Of a stretch of DNA of 64,000 nt, positions 62,144 through 64,000 are shown in pieces. Under the pieces are notes generated by a model, which saw nothing but the letters and a program-made list of their open reading frames with translations, did not search any database and had not been told where the DNA came from. Source of the stretch: Macrostomum lignano (Eukaryota). The position numbers and the translations under genes are program-made. Within the stretch, counting starts at the first letter, position 1, and each line of letters opens with the position of its first letter. The stretch lies in assembly GCA_002269645.1 (NCBI GenBank), contig NIVC01000513.1, positions 186,001 to 250,000 on the forward strand, given 5' to 3'.

Positions 62144-63082
62144 TTGGTGAATCAGTTGTCTATGGCCGAAATTGGAGGCCATAGACATCGAAATTGGAGA
62201 CTGGCCGTGATATGCAAAAGCTTGCATGCTACTTTGAGGGAGGTACGGCAGTGGCAGAGCAGGACAAATTTATTTCTGTTTTATGTCCTTTATTACTTGG
62301 GCGAAAGAGGCCAAAGAGCACCTGCAGCATCTGACACGACGAGCTGCATTGGAGCTGCACATCGACTCTGATGGTAAGGAGTTCTACTGTCTGCCGCCTC
62401 TTCCGTCTAAGAATAAGTCCGCGGATCCAGTGAGAAGTAAAGCACAACCCGACAACCAGCCGGCAAGGATTTACGATATTGAAAAGGTACGACGGTATCT
62501 AGACCTTCTACCAGTTGAAACCAAGGATAACCATCTAGTTCCACAGCCACTGGCAAACTCTGCGAACGGAAGTCCTACGTATTCAACGAAGCAGAATCGC
62601 GGTGTCAACTATCTTGTTCGATTCATGCATAACTTGAGCGAGACGGCTGGGCTATCGAAGATGCATTCCAACCATTGCATCAGGTAGTACGACTAATTTT
62701 TTTGATCTCGAAAATAACAGATCTTAGATCTTTAATTTATCTGCGAGAAAACATTGTAAACTACATGCATTAGTAATGTAATCATCATTGATCATATTTT
62801 CTTAGGGTCACCAGGATTACGGATCTAGAGGCCGCGGGACATAGCATGGCCGACATTATGTCCATCACCGGCCAGACATCTGAACGAACGGCACGCAGGT
62901 ACCTTACAAAACGTCAGGACCGATCTCTGCAAGCGAGCAGCTCTGCTGTGACGTCGGCATTGGCACTGCAAACTAAAGAAGAAGAAGTTAAAGGTGACCA
63001 GGCCGGACACGTAGGACCAAGCGATTCTGGGGCCAGTGAGCTGGATATTAATGTGGTGTCAAATTGGAAGCCCAATTGTTGA
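62144..63082 (+). mobile_element. Crypton-type tyrosine recombinase (DUF3504-like), one intron, frameshifted
   Basis: FYVLYYLGERGQ/EHLQHLT...IDSDGKEFY (+1 shift at ~62315)...RGVNYLVRFMHNLSETAGLSKMHSNHCIR | VTRITDLEAAGHSMADIMSITGQTSERTARRY. Intron 62684-62805 (AG|GTAGTA...CTTAG|G). R, HxxR and Y present. Confidence 0.85.
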
Positions 63083-63169
63083 AGTTTCCTGAATTTGAAA
63101 GTCAATATTAAATACCTTTTGTTTCTTGCGTTGCGTCTGCATGTTGCGAGACAGTTACGAGTTGTTATT

Positions 63170-63310
63170 TTGGATAATCGGGATCCCGGGATTTTCCTAC
63201 AGTTTTAAGCGGATTTTTCGGGATTTATAATCCCGGGATTTCAGAGCCACGCGATTTCGGGATTTTTTAAACCAGGGATTGTCAATTGTCAGGGAGTTTG
63301 GAATCCCTAA
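63170..63310. mobile_element. Probable truncated MITE end with CGGGAT subterminal repeats, ending GGAATCCCTA
   Basis: Several CCGGGATT units; only one terminus visible. Confidence 0.4.
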
Positions 63311-63386
63311 GAGAGAGAGAGAGAGAATAGGCACGGAACCGCTCACAGCACTCTTACATGTAGCTGACGCTCCACCCCATTGCCAG

Positions 63387-63810
63387 CTATAGCTGCAAGT
63401 TCAAGTTGGGTTTGTGCATTCTGATCATATTATACAAAGCTTCAATAATCTTAAGCTTATGGTCAAATTTGCACCCATCCAGCACTTTAAAGAGCTGAAT
63501 CGGTTCACCGTCACAACATTTTTTTACAAACAAGCAGATGGTCATTAATCGCAGAGCTTTTTAGCCAATGTTCCCTTGCTCTAGTGTGCAGGTGTCGCTT
63601 CGTTTTTCCAATGTAGGAAACGCTCTGATCCTCAGAGCAGCGAAATTGGTAAACAGCACCACCCCTTAGAGCAGGTGGAACAGCTGACTTAAGCCTGCTA
63701 GCATAGCGACCAATCTTTACGGTGCGAAACACAATCCTAACGGTGCATTTAAGCCATTTGCTAATTTGCTAAACGTTTTCCCAAAAAAGCAAAACTAACG
63801 AGAACAATAA
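63387..63810 (-). mobile_element. Penelope-like element remnant, GIY-YIG endonuclease
   Basis: VRIVFRTVKI...AVYQFRC...SYIGKTKRHLHTRAREH...SAINDHLLVCKK, +1 shift in an A-run at ~63520, then CCD...FKVLD...LKIIEAL...KPNLNLQL-stop. Typical PLE C-terminal Uri domain. Confidence 0.85.
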
Positions 63811-64000
63811 TAGATGCCATCAAAGAACTTCTTGCTGTACGATTTAACTATAAATGAGTTTATAGAAATTGAAATGAAAAACTAATAAAAATAAATTCAT
63901 GTCAGAGTTTGGTTCATCAGTTGTTTTTAGTCTTTTTGGTGCCACGATTTAGCCGGGGACGGTCGCTTTCTCTGCTCGCTTGAAGAACCAGTTGACTGTT

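Overview
Eukaryotic (metazoan) genomic DNA, not prokaryotic: GT-AG spliced genes with GC-rich exons, AT-rich spacers and about 30 different mini/microsatellite arrays. The style is most like a free-living flatworm such as Macrostomum, which is an inference only. Most long ORFs in the supplied track are artefacts of stop-free tandem repeats. Supported genes, in order: BolA (+), TPRG1-like (+), PIGQ (-), ALKBH7 (-), an orphan 4-TM protein (+), ASF1 (-), a kelch-repeat protein (+, at least 9 exons), an RFamide neuropeptide precursor whose amidation site is visible only after splicing in a 10-nt coding piece of the last exon (-), a rhodopsin-type peptide GPCR (+), an M13/neprilysin peptidase with a 1-nt frameshift (+), a Tyr/Trp-rich precursor with three YWPGMW repeats after dibasic sites (-), and an internally deleted ferlin remnant (-). 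Mobile DNA: LINE fragments, two tRNA-derived SINEs (one CORE-type), two TIR elements each carrying its own central minisatellite, a 1.4-kb non-coding LTR element (TRIM-like), a Crypton-type tyrosine recombinase with an intron, and a Penelope-like GIY-YIG remnant with a co-oriented minimal type I hammerhead ribozyme. The best candidates for new biology are the two peptide precursors and their clustering with a peptide GPCR and a peptide-inactivating enzyme within about 20 kb, plus the hammerhead/Crypton/Penelope nest. All of this was read by eye; no database searches or folding programs were run.
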